DNA of 64,000 nt from Candidatus Harrisonbacteria bacterium RIFCSPHIGHO2_02_FULL_42_16 (GTDB taxonomy: Bacteria; Patescibacteriota; Minisyncoccia; UBA6257; 02-FULL-45-10c), in the NCBI GenBank assembly GCA_001818695.1, contig MHJG01000009.1, forward strand, positions 309-64,308, written 5' to 3'. Positions 18,794 to 27,974 of this stretch are shown here, piece after piece. The notes beneath the pieces were generated by a model. The model searched no databases, was not told where the DNA came from, and worked only from the letters and a program-made list of their open reading frames with translations. Position 1 is the stretch's first letter, and the number at the start of each line of letters is the position of its first letter. A program made the translations under genes and the position numbers.

Positions 18794-20317
18794 ATGTTTG
18801 CAGATTTTAATCTTAAAGAAAAATTTAAAGAACTGAAAAAACAAGACAAGAAAATTCCAAAAGACCCCTCGGCCGCGCTCGGGGCAAGTTATTTTGATTT
18901 GGGCGTGGCATTTTGGATGCTTAATCCCGACGAAAAAGAATATACAGCGGAATTTTTAAGCAAGAAATATCTTAATAAAGAATACAACCCTTCGGTTGGC
19001 TCAGGGTTAAAGCAACTTTATGAAGTTGCTTTAAAAAAGTTAAAAGAATATAAATTGGAAGGGCTTTTTTATGATGTGGAAATGCCGCTGATTGAGGTAT
19101 TGGCGGAGATGGAATCGTTGGGCGTGAAGTTGAATGTGGGTGGCTTGAATAGCTTGGAAAAGAAATTAGAAAAAAATTTAAGCGAGCTGGCGAAGAAAAT
19201 TTATAAAGAAGCCGGCGCGCCGTTTAATATCAATTCGCCGAAACAGTTGGGAGAAATGCTTTTTCAAAAACTTGGCATTGACGCCGCTGGCGTTAAAAAA
19301 ACCAAAGGCGGCGCGATTTCTACCGACGTAGATACGCTTTTGACTATCAAGGACCGCCATCCGGTTGTTAAATATCTTTTGGAATATCGCGAATTATTCA
19401 AATTGCAAACAACTTATGTTCGGCCATTGCAGGCGCTCGCAGACAAAAAAGGCAGAGTGCGTACAACCTATATCCAAACCGGGACTTCTACCGGCCGGTT
19501 AAGTTCGCAGAACCCTAATTTACAAAATATACCGATTGGAAATAATTTAGCAACGGAATTGCGGAAATGTTTTGTGGCGGAAAAAGGATATTCGTTTATT
19601 TCTTTTGATTATTCGCAAATTGAATTGAGGGTATTAGCTTCGCTTTCCGGCGACCCCAAAATGATGGAAGCGTTTAATAATGATTTGGATATTCATAAAA
19701 TGACGGCGGCAAATGTTTTTAATAAACCGTTAAGAGAAGTTACGCCGGAAATGCGGCGGCTGGCGAAGACATTAAATTTCGGAGTGGTGTATGGAATGGG
19801 CGCGAACGCGTTTGCTAAAACCAGCGGTTTAAGCGTAACCGAAGCCCGTAAATTTATAGATGAGTATTTCAACGATTTTAAAAAAATAAAAGTATGGCAG
19901 GAAGAAATTAAAGCGCAGGCGCGGACTTTTGGTTATGTTACTAATCTAAATGGCCGCCGCCGATGGCTTTTGCAGGCGACCTCAATGTTCCGCGGAGAAG
20001 CCGCGGAAGCCGAACGGGCGGCAATCAATATGCCAGTGCAGGGATTGGCGGCGGATATTATTAAAATCGCGATGGTAAAAATATCAAAAGAAATTAAAAA
20101 ACAGAAATTAGAAAACAGCATAAAAATGCTTTTGACGATTCACGACGAATTGCTGTTTGAAATTAAGGACGAGGCGCTGGAAGAAGCCGTAAAAATTATT
20201 TCCGGAATAATGGAATCCGCTTATGAATTAGAAGTGTCGGTAAAAGTAACGGTTAAGGTTGGCAAGAACTGGGGAGAATTAAGCGCTTTTTTGAAAAGTG
20301 ATATTTTGATGATATAA
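18794..20317 (+). CDS. polA: DNA polymerase I, polymerase domain (with vestigial 3'-5' exo remnant) as a separate ORF
   Basis: Motif A DYSQIELR, motif B RRLAKTLNFGVVYG, motif C HDELLFE, O-helix. The N-terminal roughly 110 aa match only the end of the 3'-5' exo-like domain. Confidence 0.85.
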   Translation: MFADFNLKEKFKELKKQDKKIPKDPSAALGASYFDLGVAFWMLNPDEKEYTAEFLSKKYLNKEYNPSVGSGLKQLYEVALKKLKEYKLEGLFYDVEMPLIEVLAEMESLGVKLNVGGLNSLEKKLEKNLSELAKKIYKEAGAPFNINSPKQLGEMLFQKLGIDAAGVKKTKGGAISTDVDTLLTIKDRHPVVKYLLEYRELFKLQTTYVRPLQALADKKGRVRTTYIQTGTSTGRLSSQNPNLQNIPIGNNLATELRKCFVAEKGYSFISFDYSQIELRVLASLSGDPKMMEAFNNDLDIHKMTAANVFNKPLREVTPEMRRLAKTLNFGVVYGMGANAFAKTSGLSVTEARKFIDEYFNDFKKIKVWQEEIKAQARTFGYVTNLNGRRRWLLQATSMFRGEAAEAERAAINMPVQGLAADIIKIAMVKISKEIKKQKLENSIKMLLTIHDELLFEIKDEALEEAVKIISGIMESAYELEVSVKVTVKVGKNWGELSAFLKSDILMI

Positions 20318-20327
20318 TAAATAGAAA

Positions 20328-21650
20328 ATGCGGAAGTTTTTCAAAAATTTTAGGCAATATCTGAAATCGCCGGAGGTGAAAATGATGTGGCTGTTTTTGT
20401 TTTTGGTGTTGTTGATCGTGGCGATTGATATTTTTTTTCTTGAGCCGCTTTGGGCTGGCGTCAGCGCAACCATTTTAGTTTCCGCAGGCATTGTTATTTT
20501 GTTTGTTAATTTCCGTTCGGCAAAAACCACCGTTCAATTGCGGCTGGAAAAATCGCGGCTGGATAATGTAATCGCCGGCATAGATGATGGAATTATTATT
20601 TATGATGAAAATTTTCAGGTTTTGCTTTTTAATCCGGCCGCCGAAAAGATTTTTAATGTTAAAAAAGAAGCGTTGACAAGCGGCAAGCTTTCTCCGGAAA
20701 GCGTTCAAAATCCGAATTTATCCGTTTTAGCCAAAGTAATTTTTCAGTCGCTGGCGCCTTTGGTTGTGCTTCAATCGCCGGAGGGGGTCTATCCGCAGGT
20801 GGCGGATATTTCTTTTGAAGAACCGCGGCTTCAATTAAGAGTGTTAACCGACAGGATATTGGATGAAAACGGGCAAGTAACGGCATTTATAAAAATTGTC
20901 CGCGATCAGACACGGGAAGTGGAACTTTTGCAATCCAAAAGCGATTTTATCACCGTTGCCGCCCATCAGCTTAGAACGCCGCTTTCGGCGGTTAATTGGT
21001 CATTGGAATCGCTACAAAAAGAAAATCTTAATGGCGGCCAGAAGGAACTGGCGGAAACCGGATTAAGCGCCGCGAGAAATCTTTCCAAAATCGTGGAGGA
21101 TTTGCTTAATGTTTCTAAAATTGAAGGCGGCAAGTTCGGTTATAATTTTCAGCAGCTGGATATAGTGAAATTTTTGCAGTCGGCAGTTGAGCAGGCCTCT
21201 GTTGTCGCTAAGGATTATAAGGCGAGCGTTTATTTGGAGCCGCCGAAAGAACCGTCCATTATTTTGGAAGCCGATTTGGAACGGTTGGGTTTGCTGATGT
21301 CTAATCTTTTGGAAAATGCCATAAAATACAATGTGGAAAACGGCAAGGTGACGGTTAGCGTTGAGCGTAGGACAGACGCCCCCTTTATTCAAGTTAATGT
21401 CGCTGATACCGGAGTGGGCATTCCTCAGGAAGCGATGAATAAGATTTTCACTAAATTTTTCCGGGCGGAGAATGTGGCGGAAAAAGAAACAGAAGGGTCC
21501 GGTCTCGGCTTATATATCGCAAAAAATGTCGTCAATCGGCACGGTGGCCAGATTTGGGCGGAATCGGTTGAAGGACGGGGCGCGATTTTTCACTTTACTT
21601 TGCCAACCGACCCGCGATTGATACCGCAACGCGAGATAGCCAATAGTTAA
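20328..21650 (+). CDS. sensor histidine kinase (2 TM, PAS-like, HisKA + HATPase)
   Basis: H-box AAHQLRTPLSAV, N-box NLLENAIKYN, G-boxes DTGVGI / GSGLGLYIAK. No adjacent response regulator. Confidence 0.85.
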   Translation: MRKFFKNFRQYLKSPEVKMMWLFLFLVLLIVAIDIFFLEPLWAGVSATILVSAGIVILFVNFRSAKTTVQLRLEKSRLDNVIAGIDDGIIIYDENFQVLLFNPAAEKIFNVKKEALTSGKLSPESVQNPNLSVLAKVIFQSLAPLVVLQSPEGVYPQVADISFEEPRLQLRVLTDRILDENGQVTAFIKIVRDQTREVELLQSKSDFITVAAHQLRTPLSAVNWSLESLQKENLNGGQKELAETGLSAARNLSKIVEDLLNVSKIEGGKFGYNFQQLDIVKFLQSAVEQASVVAKDYKASVYLEPPKEPSIILEADLERLGLLMSNLLENAIKYNVENGKVTVSVERRTDAPFIQVNVADTGVGIPQEAMNKIFTKFFRAENVAEKETEGSGLGLYIAKNVVNRHGGQIWAESVEGRGAIFHFTLPTDPRLIPQREIANS

Positions 21651-21713
21651 GGTATAAGTTTTAAGTTTTGTCCCGTTTAACTTATAACTTAAACTTTTAT
21701 AACTTATAAAACT

Positions 21714-22640
21714 GTGCCCGAACTTCCAGAAGTACAAACAATTGTTAATGATTTAAATAAGAAAATTATCGGGTGCCGGATAACCGGCGTTTGGTTTGAT
21801 TGGCCGAAAATGCTGAAAGACCCGTTAGACCAGCAGCGAAATAAGGTGGCGCATAAGCAGGTGGCGGTTTTTGAAAAAACAATTAAAGGAAAGAAAATTT
21901 TAAGCGTCCAGCGCCGGGCAAAAAACCTTTTATTTTCGTTATCAAATAATTTGATGATGCTCATTCACCTTAAAATGACCGGACATCTTCTTATAGGAAA
22001 GTGGAATGTAGAGAAGCGACAAGGTAAAGAAAAAGCAATTCCGATTGAGCCGAAAGAAGCAGTTAATGACCCATATAATCAGTACATTCATCTGATTTTT
22101 TATTTGGATAACGGGAAAATGCTGGCGTTTTCGGATTTGCGGAAGTTTGGAAAAGTTATTTTGGGAACTAAAGAGCAGATTGAAAATTTGCCGGAATTGC
22201 GTAAGCTGGGGCCAGAACCATTAGATAAGAGTTTTAAGTTTGAGACGTTTGTAAGTTTAATGAGGGCAGAAAAACGGAAGGTTAAACAAGTTTTGATGGA
22301 CCAGGAAGTGATTGCCGGAATCGGCAATATCTATTCCGATGATATTTTATGGAAAGCAAGAATTCATCCTTTTAAGCCGGCGAATAAATTGAGTGGCAAA
22401 GAAATAAGAGACCTGTATAAGGCGACGAAACAAATTTTAGTTAAAGCGTTAAAGCTTCGGGGCACTTCCACCAGTGATTATCGTGATACGGCTGGCAAAG
22501 AAGGCGGCTATACCGATTATCGTTTAGTTTATCAGCGGGAAGGTGAACCCTGCCAAAGATGCAAAACTAAAATTAAAAGAGTAAAAATAGGAGGGAGGTC
22601 GGCGCATTTCTGTTCTAGATGCCAGAAATTAGGTAGATAG
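21714..22640 (+). CDS. mutM: formamidopyrimidine-DNA glycosylase
   Basis: N-terminal PELPEV (catalytic Pro2/Glu3), H2TH, C-terminal zinc finger CQRC...CSRC. Confidence 0.9.
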   Translation: MPELPEVQTIVNDLNKKIIGCRITGVWFDWPKMLKDPLDQQRNKVAHKQVAVFEKTIKGKKILSVQRRAKNLLFSLSNNLMMLIHLKMTGHLLIGKWNVEKRQGKEKAIPIEPKEAVNDPYNQYIHLIFYLDNGKMLAFSDLRKFGKVILGTKEQIENLPELRKLGPEPLDKSFKFETFVSLMRAEKRKVKQVLMDQEVIAGIGNIYSDDILWKARIHPFKPANKLSGKEIRDLYKATKQILVKALKLRGTSTSDYRDTAGKEGGYTDYRLVYQREGEPCQRCKTKIKRVKIGGRSAHFCSRCQKLGR

Positions 22641-22734
22641 AATTGAGAGGTTTAGACGGGTACGGGTACTTTACAAAAAAAATTTGTTGGTATAATATGA
22701 TATTAGTTATTTAATTTGATAGTAGGAGATAGCA

Positions 22735-23130
22735 ATGACTATTTTATTGAGCTATTTTTTCTTCTTTCTGGCTATGGTTTTATTATTATTGATTGTTGCC
22801 GGGTTGTTTGAAAAACGAGAAAAAAGGAAAAGAGCTCAATGCGAAAACGAAGGAGAGTTTATTGAATCTTCGGCTATGAGCCACCAAGATGAACTTGAGT
22901 CGGCGTTTGGAAGTTTGGTGTCAGAAATTATGTGGGATACTTTGCGGGATAGACGGAAATCGCGTGGTACAAAAAAAGAAGTCGGGACAAAATTTGGTGT
23001 AGAAGCCGCGTTTTTAGAAGCGGTTAAAGAAATTAATCTTGCGGAATCGCGGCGGGCTTGTTGTGATGAAACAACGCTTCTCAAGAGAATTCAAGATTTG
23101 GGGAAGAAATATAAAAACCAAACGCCCTAA
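22735..23130 (+). CDS. hypothetical membrane-anchored protein
   Basis: N-terminal TM (FFFFLAMVLLLLIVAGLF). Extended -10 (TGGTATAAT) and SD upstream. An intrinsic terminator follows. Confidence 0.45.
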   Translation: MTILLSYFFFFLAMVLLLLIVAGLFEKREKRKRAQCENEGEFIESSAMSHQDELESAFGSLVSEIMWDTLRDRRKSRGTKKEVGTKFGVEAAFLEAVKEINLAESRRACCDETTLLKRIQDLGKKYKNQTP

Positions 23131-23150
23131 CCAGGCGTTTTTTGTTTTCA
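23116..23150 (+). terminator. intrinsic terminator (aacgccctaaccaggcgtt + T-run)
   Basis: aaaaaccaaacgccctaaccaggcgttttttgtttt. Confidence 0.5.
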
Positions 23151-23197
23151 CAACTTATCCGTTGTAAGTTATAAGTTGTTTGTTATAAGTTAGAGGT

Positions 23198-24004
23198 ATG
23201 CTGATATTTTTGTATGGTCATGATTCTTATCGGCGGCAGGAAAAATTAAAAGAATATCTGGATAGATACAAGGTGAAGTATTCCAGTTTTTCTTGCGAAC
23301 GCTTTTATATTGAAGAAGACGGGCAATTTAACGCTTTGAAAGAATTTGCGAAATCGCAATCCCTTTTTGACAGCTCCCGGCTGGGAATAATTGTTGGTGA
23401 TTTGCCGGAAGAAAATAAATCCGAACGGAAGGAGCTCCGCCAATTATTAAAAGATAATTTGGAATCCAAGGACTTAACTTTATTGCTTATTTGGGATAAA
23501 AAACCGGCGGCCGATTTCAGTTTCTTATTAAAGAAGCCGGTTGTCGCGGAACAGTTTGAAAATTTAACCGGCGGCGAATTTTCGGATTTTTTGCAAAGCG
23601 AAGCAAGAAAACGGGGCATAAATTTAGACAAAGAAAGCCAAAGTTTATTGGCGCAAGTTTATAATGGCGATAGCTGGGGATTGGCCACCGAATTGGATAA
23701 ATTGTCGCTTTTTGACGAAAGAGATATTACTTTATCTATATTAAAGAAACACTTGCAGGCGGCATTTTCCGTAAATGTTTTTAACGAAATCCGTGGATTG
23801 AATTATTCGCGGGATTTCGGAGAGCGGCTTGGCATTTTAGAAAAGCTGTTCAGTTCCGGCGCCGATTCCGGAAAGTTATTCAATCTGGCGGCGGCATTTA
23901 TGAATTCGCCGGAAAGCAAAATTAAAGCCGCGGATTATGATGTGGCGGTAAAGTCCGGAAAATTGGAATACGAAGAGGCGTTAATTAGCTTAGTAATTGA
24001 GTAA
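23198..24004 (+). CDS. holA: DNA polymerase III delta subunit (probable)
   Basis: N-terminal IFLYGHDSYRRQEKLKEYL resembles the HolA start. Sits next to rpsT in the conserved holA/rpsT convergent arrangement. Confidence 0.55.
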   Translation: MLIFLYGHDSYRRQEKLKEYLDRYKVKYSSFSCERFYIEEDGQFNALKEFAKSQSLFDSSRLGIIVGDLPEENKSERKELRQLLKDNLESKDLTLLLIWDKKPAADFSFLLKKPVVAEQFENLTGGEFSDFLQSEARKRGINLDKESQSLLAQVYNGDSWGLATELDKLSLFDERDITLSILKKHLQAAFSVNVFNEIRGLNYSRDFGERLGILEKLFSSGADSGKLFNLAAAFMNSPESKIKAADYDVAVKSGKLEYEEALISLVIE

Positions 24005-24029
24005 CCGGGTAATTAAGTAATTAGAATTA

Positions 24030-24278
24030 CTAATTTATTAATTTTGTCAGCCGAGATTTAAGCCGCGCCGCTTTGTTCGGCTTTATGACTCCGGCTTTGG
24101 CGGTTTTGTCCAGCGCTTTATAGACATTGGATAGTTCGTTTTTAGCAGCCGCTTTATTGCTTGCCGCCATTTTTTTATAGTTTTTCAGAATTTTATGAAG
24201 CGTGTTTTTGCGCTGGAGATTTCGCGCTCTATGCCGCAGATTTTGCCTATATGCTTTTTTTGCTGATTTGGTAATCAT
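24030..24278 (-). CDS. rpsT: 30S ribosomal protein S20
   Basis: SAKKAYRQNLRHRARNLQRK... is a typical S20 sequence. Confidence 0.85.
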   Translation of the reverse strand: MITKSAKKAYRQNLRHRARNLQRKNTLHKILKNYKKMAASNKAAAKNELSNVYKALDKTAKAGVIKPNKAARLKSRLTKLIN

Positions 24279-24295
24279 AGTATGCGAATAATTAT

Positions 24296-24328
24296 TTAGG
24301 GTATAGGGTTTAGGGTATAGGTTATAGG
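24296..24328. repeat. G-rich TAGGG-type repeat block (intergenic copy)
   Basis: ttagggtatagggtttagggtataggttatagg. Confidence 0.7.
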
Positions 24329-24342
24329 AAAAAGAGTCAATG

Positions 24343-24371
24343 TTGACAAATAATTTTTAGTATGATATAAT
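24343..24371 (+). promoter_or_regulatory. consensus sigma70-type promoter (TTGACA - 17 nt - TATAAT)
   Basis: ttgacaaataatttttagtatgatataat: -35 at 24343-48, -10 at 24366-71. Followed by a G7 Shine-Dalgarno (aaggggggtga) and ATG at 24413. Confidence 0.5.
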
Positions 24372-24412
24372 TATACTGTTGTTTAAAAATTAAAAAAAAG
24401 GGGGGGTGATAT

Positions 24413-24625
24413 ATGGCGGATAATCAGAAGGGGAAGAAAAAAAAGGATGGTGGGAAGAAGGCCGGCCGGAACAAACGCTCCGTGGAGCGTTATTACAATT
24501 TCGGCGGATACGGCGGCGGTCCGGTGGCGCGCAAGCTTCGGCGGATTATCCGGTCGTCCGGTTTCGCCGAAGCGATGCGCTGGGCCGAGGAGCGCGGCGA
24601 AGTGGGAACGCTCCGCCATTTATAA
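24413..24625 (+). CDS. small basic Lys/Arg/Gly-rich protein encoded in a GC-rich (GC3-rich) patch; function unknown
   Basis: MADNQKGKKKKDGGKKAGRNKRSVERYYNFGGYGGGPVARKLRR... Codon third positions are mostly G/C, unlike the rest of the window. Consensus promoter, strong SD and terminator. Confidence 0.4.
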   Translation: MADNQKGKKKKDGGKKAGRNKRSVERYYNFGGYGGGPVARKLRRIIRSSGFAEAMRWAEERGEVGTLRHL

Positions 24626-24716
24626 GCAGAAAGGAAATTCGGTTCGCTGGATCGAACGCGCGGAGAAGCGCGCGTATGAGAAGTAGAACAAGGTTGCGTC
24701 CGCCTAAGACGTAATA

Positions 24717-24773
24717 AAAGCCCTTCCGACATTACCGTTACGGTAATCGTTCGGAGGGGCTTTTTGTTTTTTT
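24717..24773 (+). terminator. strong intrinsic terminator (GCCCTTCCGAC...GTTCGGAGGGGC + T9)
   Basis: aaaagcccttccgacattaccgttacggtaatcgttcggaggggctttttgttttttt. Confidence 0.6.
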
Positions 24774-24806
24774 AAATTAGTTTAGAAATCATATATAATA
24801 AGATTA

Positions 24807-25385
24807 ATGATTTATTCCGTAAAAGGATTGCTACGTCTTAAGAAACCTTCTTTTTTTGTGGTGGAGGTTGGCGGGCTGGCGTTTAAAATAAACAGTTCGG
24901 CTAATGCGCTGAAAAGTTTGCCGCGAGAAGGAGAAATAGTCAATGTTTTTACTTATCTTCATGTGCGCGAAGATGCTTTGGAGCTATACGGATTTTTAGA
25001 CGAAGCCGAACTTAATTTATTTTTATTGCTAATCGGAATTTCCGGAATCGGACCCAAATCCGCGCTTAGCATTTTGGGAATTGATAAAATAGAAAAATTA
25101 AAATCGGCGATTATTGAAGGCCGGCCGGAACTTTTGACTAAGGCGTCCGGAATAGGAAAAAAGACCGCTGACCGGATTATTTTGGAGCTTCGGACAAAAC
25201 TTAAACAGGAAGGAGCGGGCAGGATAGTCGGGCTGATGGAATCGGACCAGGACATTATTGAGGCGCTTTGCAATCTTGGCTATGCCAGAAACCAAGCCAG
25301 AGAAGCGCTTTCCAAAATTGATTCTCAAATTACCGCCGTAGATGAAAGAATTAAATTGACGTTAAAATTGTTGAAAAAAAATTAG
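24807..25385 (+). CDS. ruvA: Holliday junction DNA helicase RuvA
   Basis: OB-fold N-terminus IYSVKG..., two HhH motifs (GIGPKSA, GIGKKTA), domain III. Confidence 0.9.
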   Translation: MIYSVKGLLRLKKPSFFVVEVGGLAFKINSSANALKSLPREGEIVNVFTYLHVREDALELYGFLDEAELNLFLLLIGISGIGPKSALSILGIDKIEKLKSAIIEGRPELLTKASGIGKKTADRIILELRTKLKQEGAGRIVGLMESDQDIIEALCNLGYARNQAREALSKIDSQITAVDERIKLTLKLLKKN

Positions 25386-25395
25386 CAATTAATAT

Positions 25396-26616
25396 ATGAA
25401 ATTATTGCGTTCCTTATATCATTATTTATTGGCTTGGCTGGGTAGTGTCTGGTATGGCCATCCTTCCCGGCAGATTTTTGTTTTGGGCGTTACCGGCACT
25501 AAGGGCAAATCCACCGTTATTGAACTTATTAATTCTATTTTAACGGCCGCCGGAAAAAAAACCGCCGTTGTTTCTTCAGTGCGTTTTAAAAATGACACTT
25601 TAAGTAATCCTAATTTAACCGGAATGACTATGCCGGGAAGGTTTTTTATTCAAAAATTTTTGAAAGAAGCAGTAGAAAACAGTTGCGATTACGCTGTTAT
25701 TGAAGTTACTTCTCAAGGAATCCTTCAATATCGCCATAAATTTATTGATTTTGACGCGGCGCTTATTACTAATTTGGAAGCGGAGCATATTGAAGCGCAC
25801 GGTTCTTATGAAAATTACCGCAACAGCAAATTAAAATTTTTTGATTATGTCGCCAATAATTCCAAAAAAACACCGAGATATTTTTTTGTTAACGTTGACG
25901 CGCGGGATAATCAGTATTTTTTAAAGGCAGGGGAAGGGCGCGGACGCCTGATGCCTTACAGCCGGAAAGATGTCGCGAAAATAAAAATTAAGACCAAATT
26001 GCTGGGACAGTTTAATTATGAAAATATCGCCGCCGCCGTTGCTTTTGCCCGTTCGCAGGGTATTGATTGGGAGACCATTAAAAATGCCGTGGAGACATTT
26101 GACGGCGTTCCGGGCCGTTTGGAATTCGTCCAAAAAATTCCGTTTTCGGTGATTATTGATTACGCGCATACGCCGGATTCGCTGGAAAAAGTTTATCAGA
26201 CGGTTAAAAAAGCCGCCGCCAGAAGAAAAAACGCCGGCAGATTGATTTGTGTTTTTGGGGCGGCCGGTGGCGGCCGGGATGTTTGGAAACGGCCGGTAAT
26301 GGGGGGCATTGCCGCCAAATATTGCGATAGCATTATTTTGACCAACGAAGACCCGTTTGACGAAAATCCGGAGGAAATTTTGAATCAGATAGAAGCAGGG
26401 GTTTCTTTGATGGATAAGAAACCGATTGTGCAGAAAATAATTGACAGAAGAAAAGCGATAAGGCGCGCGATTCAAATGGCGAAAAACGGCGATACGGTGA
26501 TTATTACCGGCAAGGGGTCTGAGCCGTATATGCGAGTGGCTAACGGAAAGAAAATTTTTTGGAACGAGCGGGATATTGCGCTTAAAATTTTAAATAACGA
26601 AAAAATAGAAATATGA
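25396..26616 (+). CDS. Mur ligase family protein (MurE/MurT-like; N-terminal domain reduced)
   Basis: P-loop GVTGTKGKSTV, Mur ligase middle-domain motifs (ITNLEAEHIEAHGSYENY, NxxNA). Confidence 0.65.
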   Translation: MKLLRSLYHYLLAWLGSVWYGHPSRQIFVLGVTGTKGKSTVIELINSILTAAGKKTAVVSSVRFKNDTLSNPNLTGMTMPGRFFIQKFLKEAVENSCDYAVIEVTSQGILQYRHKFIDFDAALITNLEAEHIEAHGSYENYRNSKLKFFDYVANNSKKTPRYFFVNVDARDNQYFLKAGEGRGRLMPYSRKDVAKIKIKTKLLGQFNYENIAAAVAFARSQGIDWETIKNAVETFDGVPGRLEFVQKIPFSVIIDYAHTPDSLEKVYQTVKKAAARRKNAGRLICVFGAAGGGRDVWKRPVMGGIAAKYCDSIILTNEDPFDENPEEILNQIEAGVSLMDKKPIVQKIIDRRKAIRRAIQMAKNGDTVIITGKGSEPYMRVANGKKIFWNERDIALKILNNEKIEI

Positions 26617-27974
26617 AATTAACTTTTTACGGCGGCGTTAAGGAGGTGGCGGGAGCGAATTACCTTTTAGAGGCAAGTGACCCCTCGACAAGCTCGGGGC
26701 AAGCAAGAATTTTAATTGACTGCGGACTTCGCCAGGGTGGCGGTTTTTCCGAGAAGCGCAACTGGGAGCCGTTTAAATATAATCCAAAGGATATTTCGGC
26801 GGTTTTTGTCACTCATCCGCATATTGACCATATCGGACTTTTGCCGAAATTGGTAAAAGACGGGTTTGTCGGAAAAATTTATTCCACGCCGCCAACCAGG
26901 AACTTTGCCAATTTGCTTCTTCTTGATTCAGAGCATATTTTGATGCAGGAGGCGGAACGGCATAAGAAATCCCCGCTTTACGGAGTGCGGGAAGTGGAGG
27001 AAACGATGGCGCGCTGGGAGGGTCTACTTTATCACCAAGAAATTAAGCTCGGGCCGTTTAAAATTATTTTTTATAATGCCGGGCACGTTCTCGGGTCGTC
27101 CATTATATCTATTGAAGCTGATGGCAAGAAGGTGGTTTTTTCCGGCGATTTGGGAAACAGTCCGGCGCCGATTATCGGCAATAAGGAATTTTTGGACGAG
27201 GCGGATTATTGCGTTATAGAATCAGCTTACGGCAATCGCCTGCACGAAACTCTTCAAGACGGATTTATTGAGGATTTAATTGAAGAAGCCGTAAAATCAG
27301 GCGGCGCGCTGATAATTCCGGCTTTTGCGATGGAGCGCACCCAAAAATTGCTTTTTGACATCAACGAATTGGTGGAAAACGGCCGCGTGCCGAAGATTCC
27401 GATTTTTTTGGACAGCCCGCTGGCGATTAAAATTACCGAGGTTTATAAAAAATACGAAAATTATTTTGACGAAAACACCAAAAATTTGTTGAAAGGCGAC
27501 AATTTCCTTTTTGATTTTCCGGGACTTAAAAAAACTTTGACTGCCGAAGAATCCAAGGCGATTAATGCCGCGCCGCCGCCGAAAGTGATTATCGCTGGTT
27601 CGGGAATGATGCAAGGGGGCCGGATTTTGCATCACGCCAAACGGTATCTGCCGGACCCGAAAAGCGCGATTTTATTTATCGGTTATCAGGCGAAAAATTC
27701 TTTGGGCCGGCAGATTTTGGAAGGCGCCAAAGAAGTTAAAATTCATGGCGAAAAAATAGCGGTTCGCTGTAAGGTGGTAAATGTGGAGGGTTATTCCGCT
27801 CATGCCGACCAAAAACAATTATTAGAATGGCTAAGTCCGATGAGGTTGGGCCTAAAAAGGGTTTTTGCAGTGCAGGGCGAAGAAGAAGCGTCGGGCGTTT
27901 TAGTCCAAAAAATAGTCAACAATTTGGCGGTGCGGGCGGAGATTCCTCCGGAAAATCAAGCTATTGACATTTAA
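26613..27974 (+). CDS. metallo-beta-lactamase / beta-CASP ribonuclease (RNase J-like)
   Basis: HxHxDH = THPHIDH, beta-CASP motifs. Carries the GC-rich DPSTSSGQA patch at 26680-26704. Confidence 0.75.
   Translation: MKLTFYGGVKEVAGANYLLEASDPSTSSGQARILIDCGLRQGGGFSEKRNWEPFKYNPKDISAVFVTHPHIDHIGLLPKLVKDGFVGKIYSTPPTRNFANLLLLDSEHILMQEAERHKKSPLYGVREVEETMARWEGLLYHQEIKLGPFKIIFYNAGHVLGSSIISIEADGKKVVFSGDLGNSPAPIIGNKEFLDEADYCVIESAYGNRLHETLQDGFIEDLIEEAVKSGGALIIPAFAMERTQKLLFDINELVENGRVPKIPIFLDSPLAIKITEVYKKYENYFDENTKNLLKGDNFLFDFPGLKKTLTAEESKAINAAPPPKVIIAGSGMMQGGRILHHAKRYLPDPKSAILFIGYQAKNSLGRQILEGAKEVKIHGEKIAVRCKVVNVEGYSAHADQKQLLEWLSPMRLGLKRVFAVQGEEEASGVLVQKIVNNLAVRAEIPPENQAIDI

Noticed and set aside
24447-24732. 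Overlapping track ORFs 24447-24686 (+), 24493-24732 (-) and 24383-24619 (-)
   Set aside because: All arise from the same GC-rich patch, where every frame is open. Only 24413-24625 has a promoter, SD and sensible start.
24378-24775. RNase P RNA / SRP RNA / 6S RNA identity for the GC-rich transcript
   Set aside because: No P4 (AGGAAAGUCCGGGCUCC / ACAGAAnCCGGCUUA) or SRP domain-IV motifs were found by eye. The strong SD + ATG + GC3 codon bias favour a protein gene. Kept only as an alternative in the findings.
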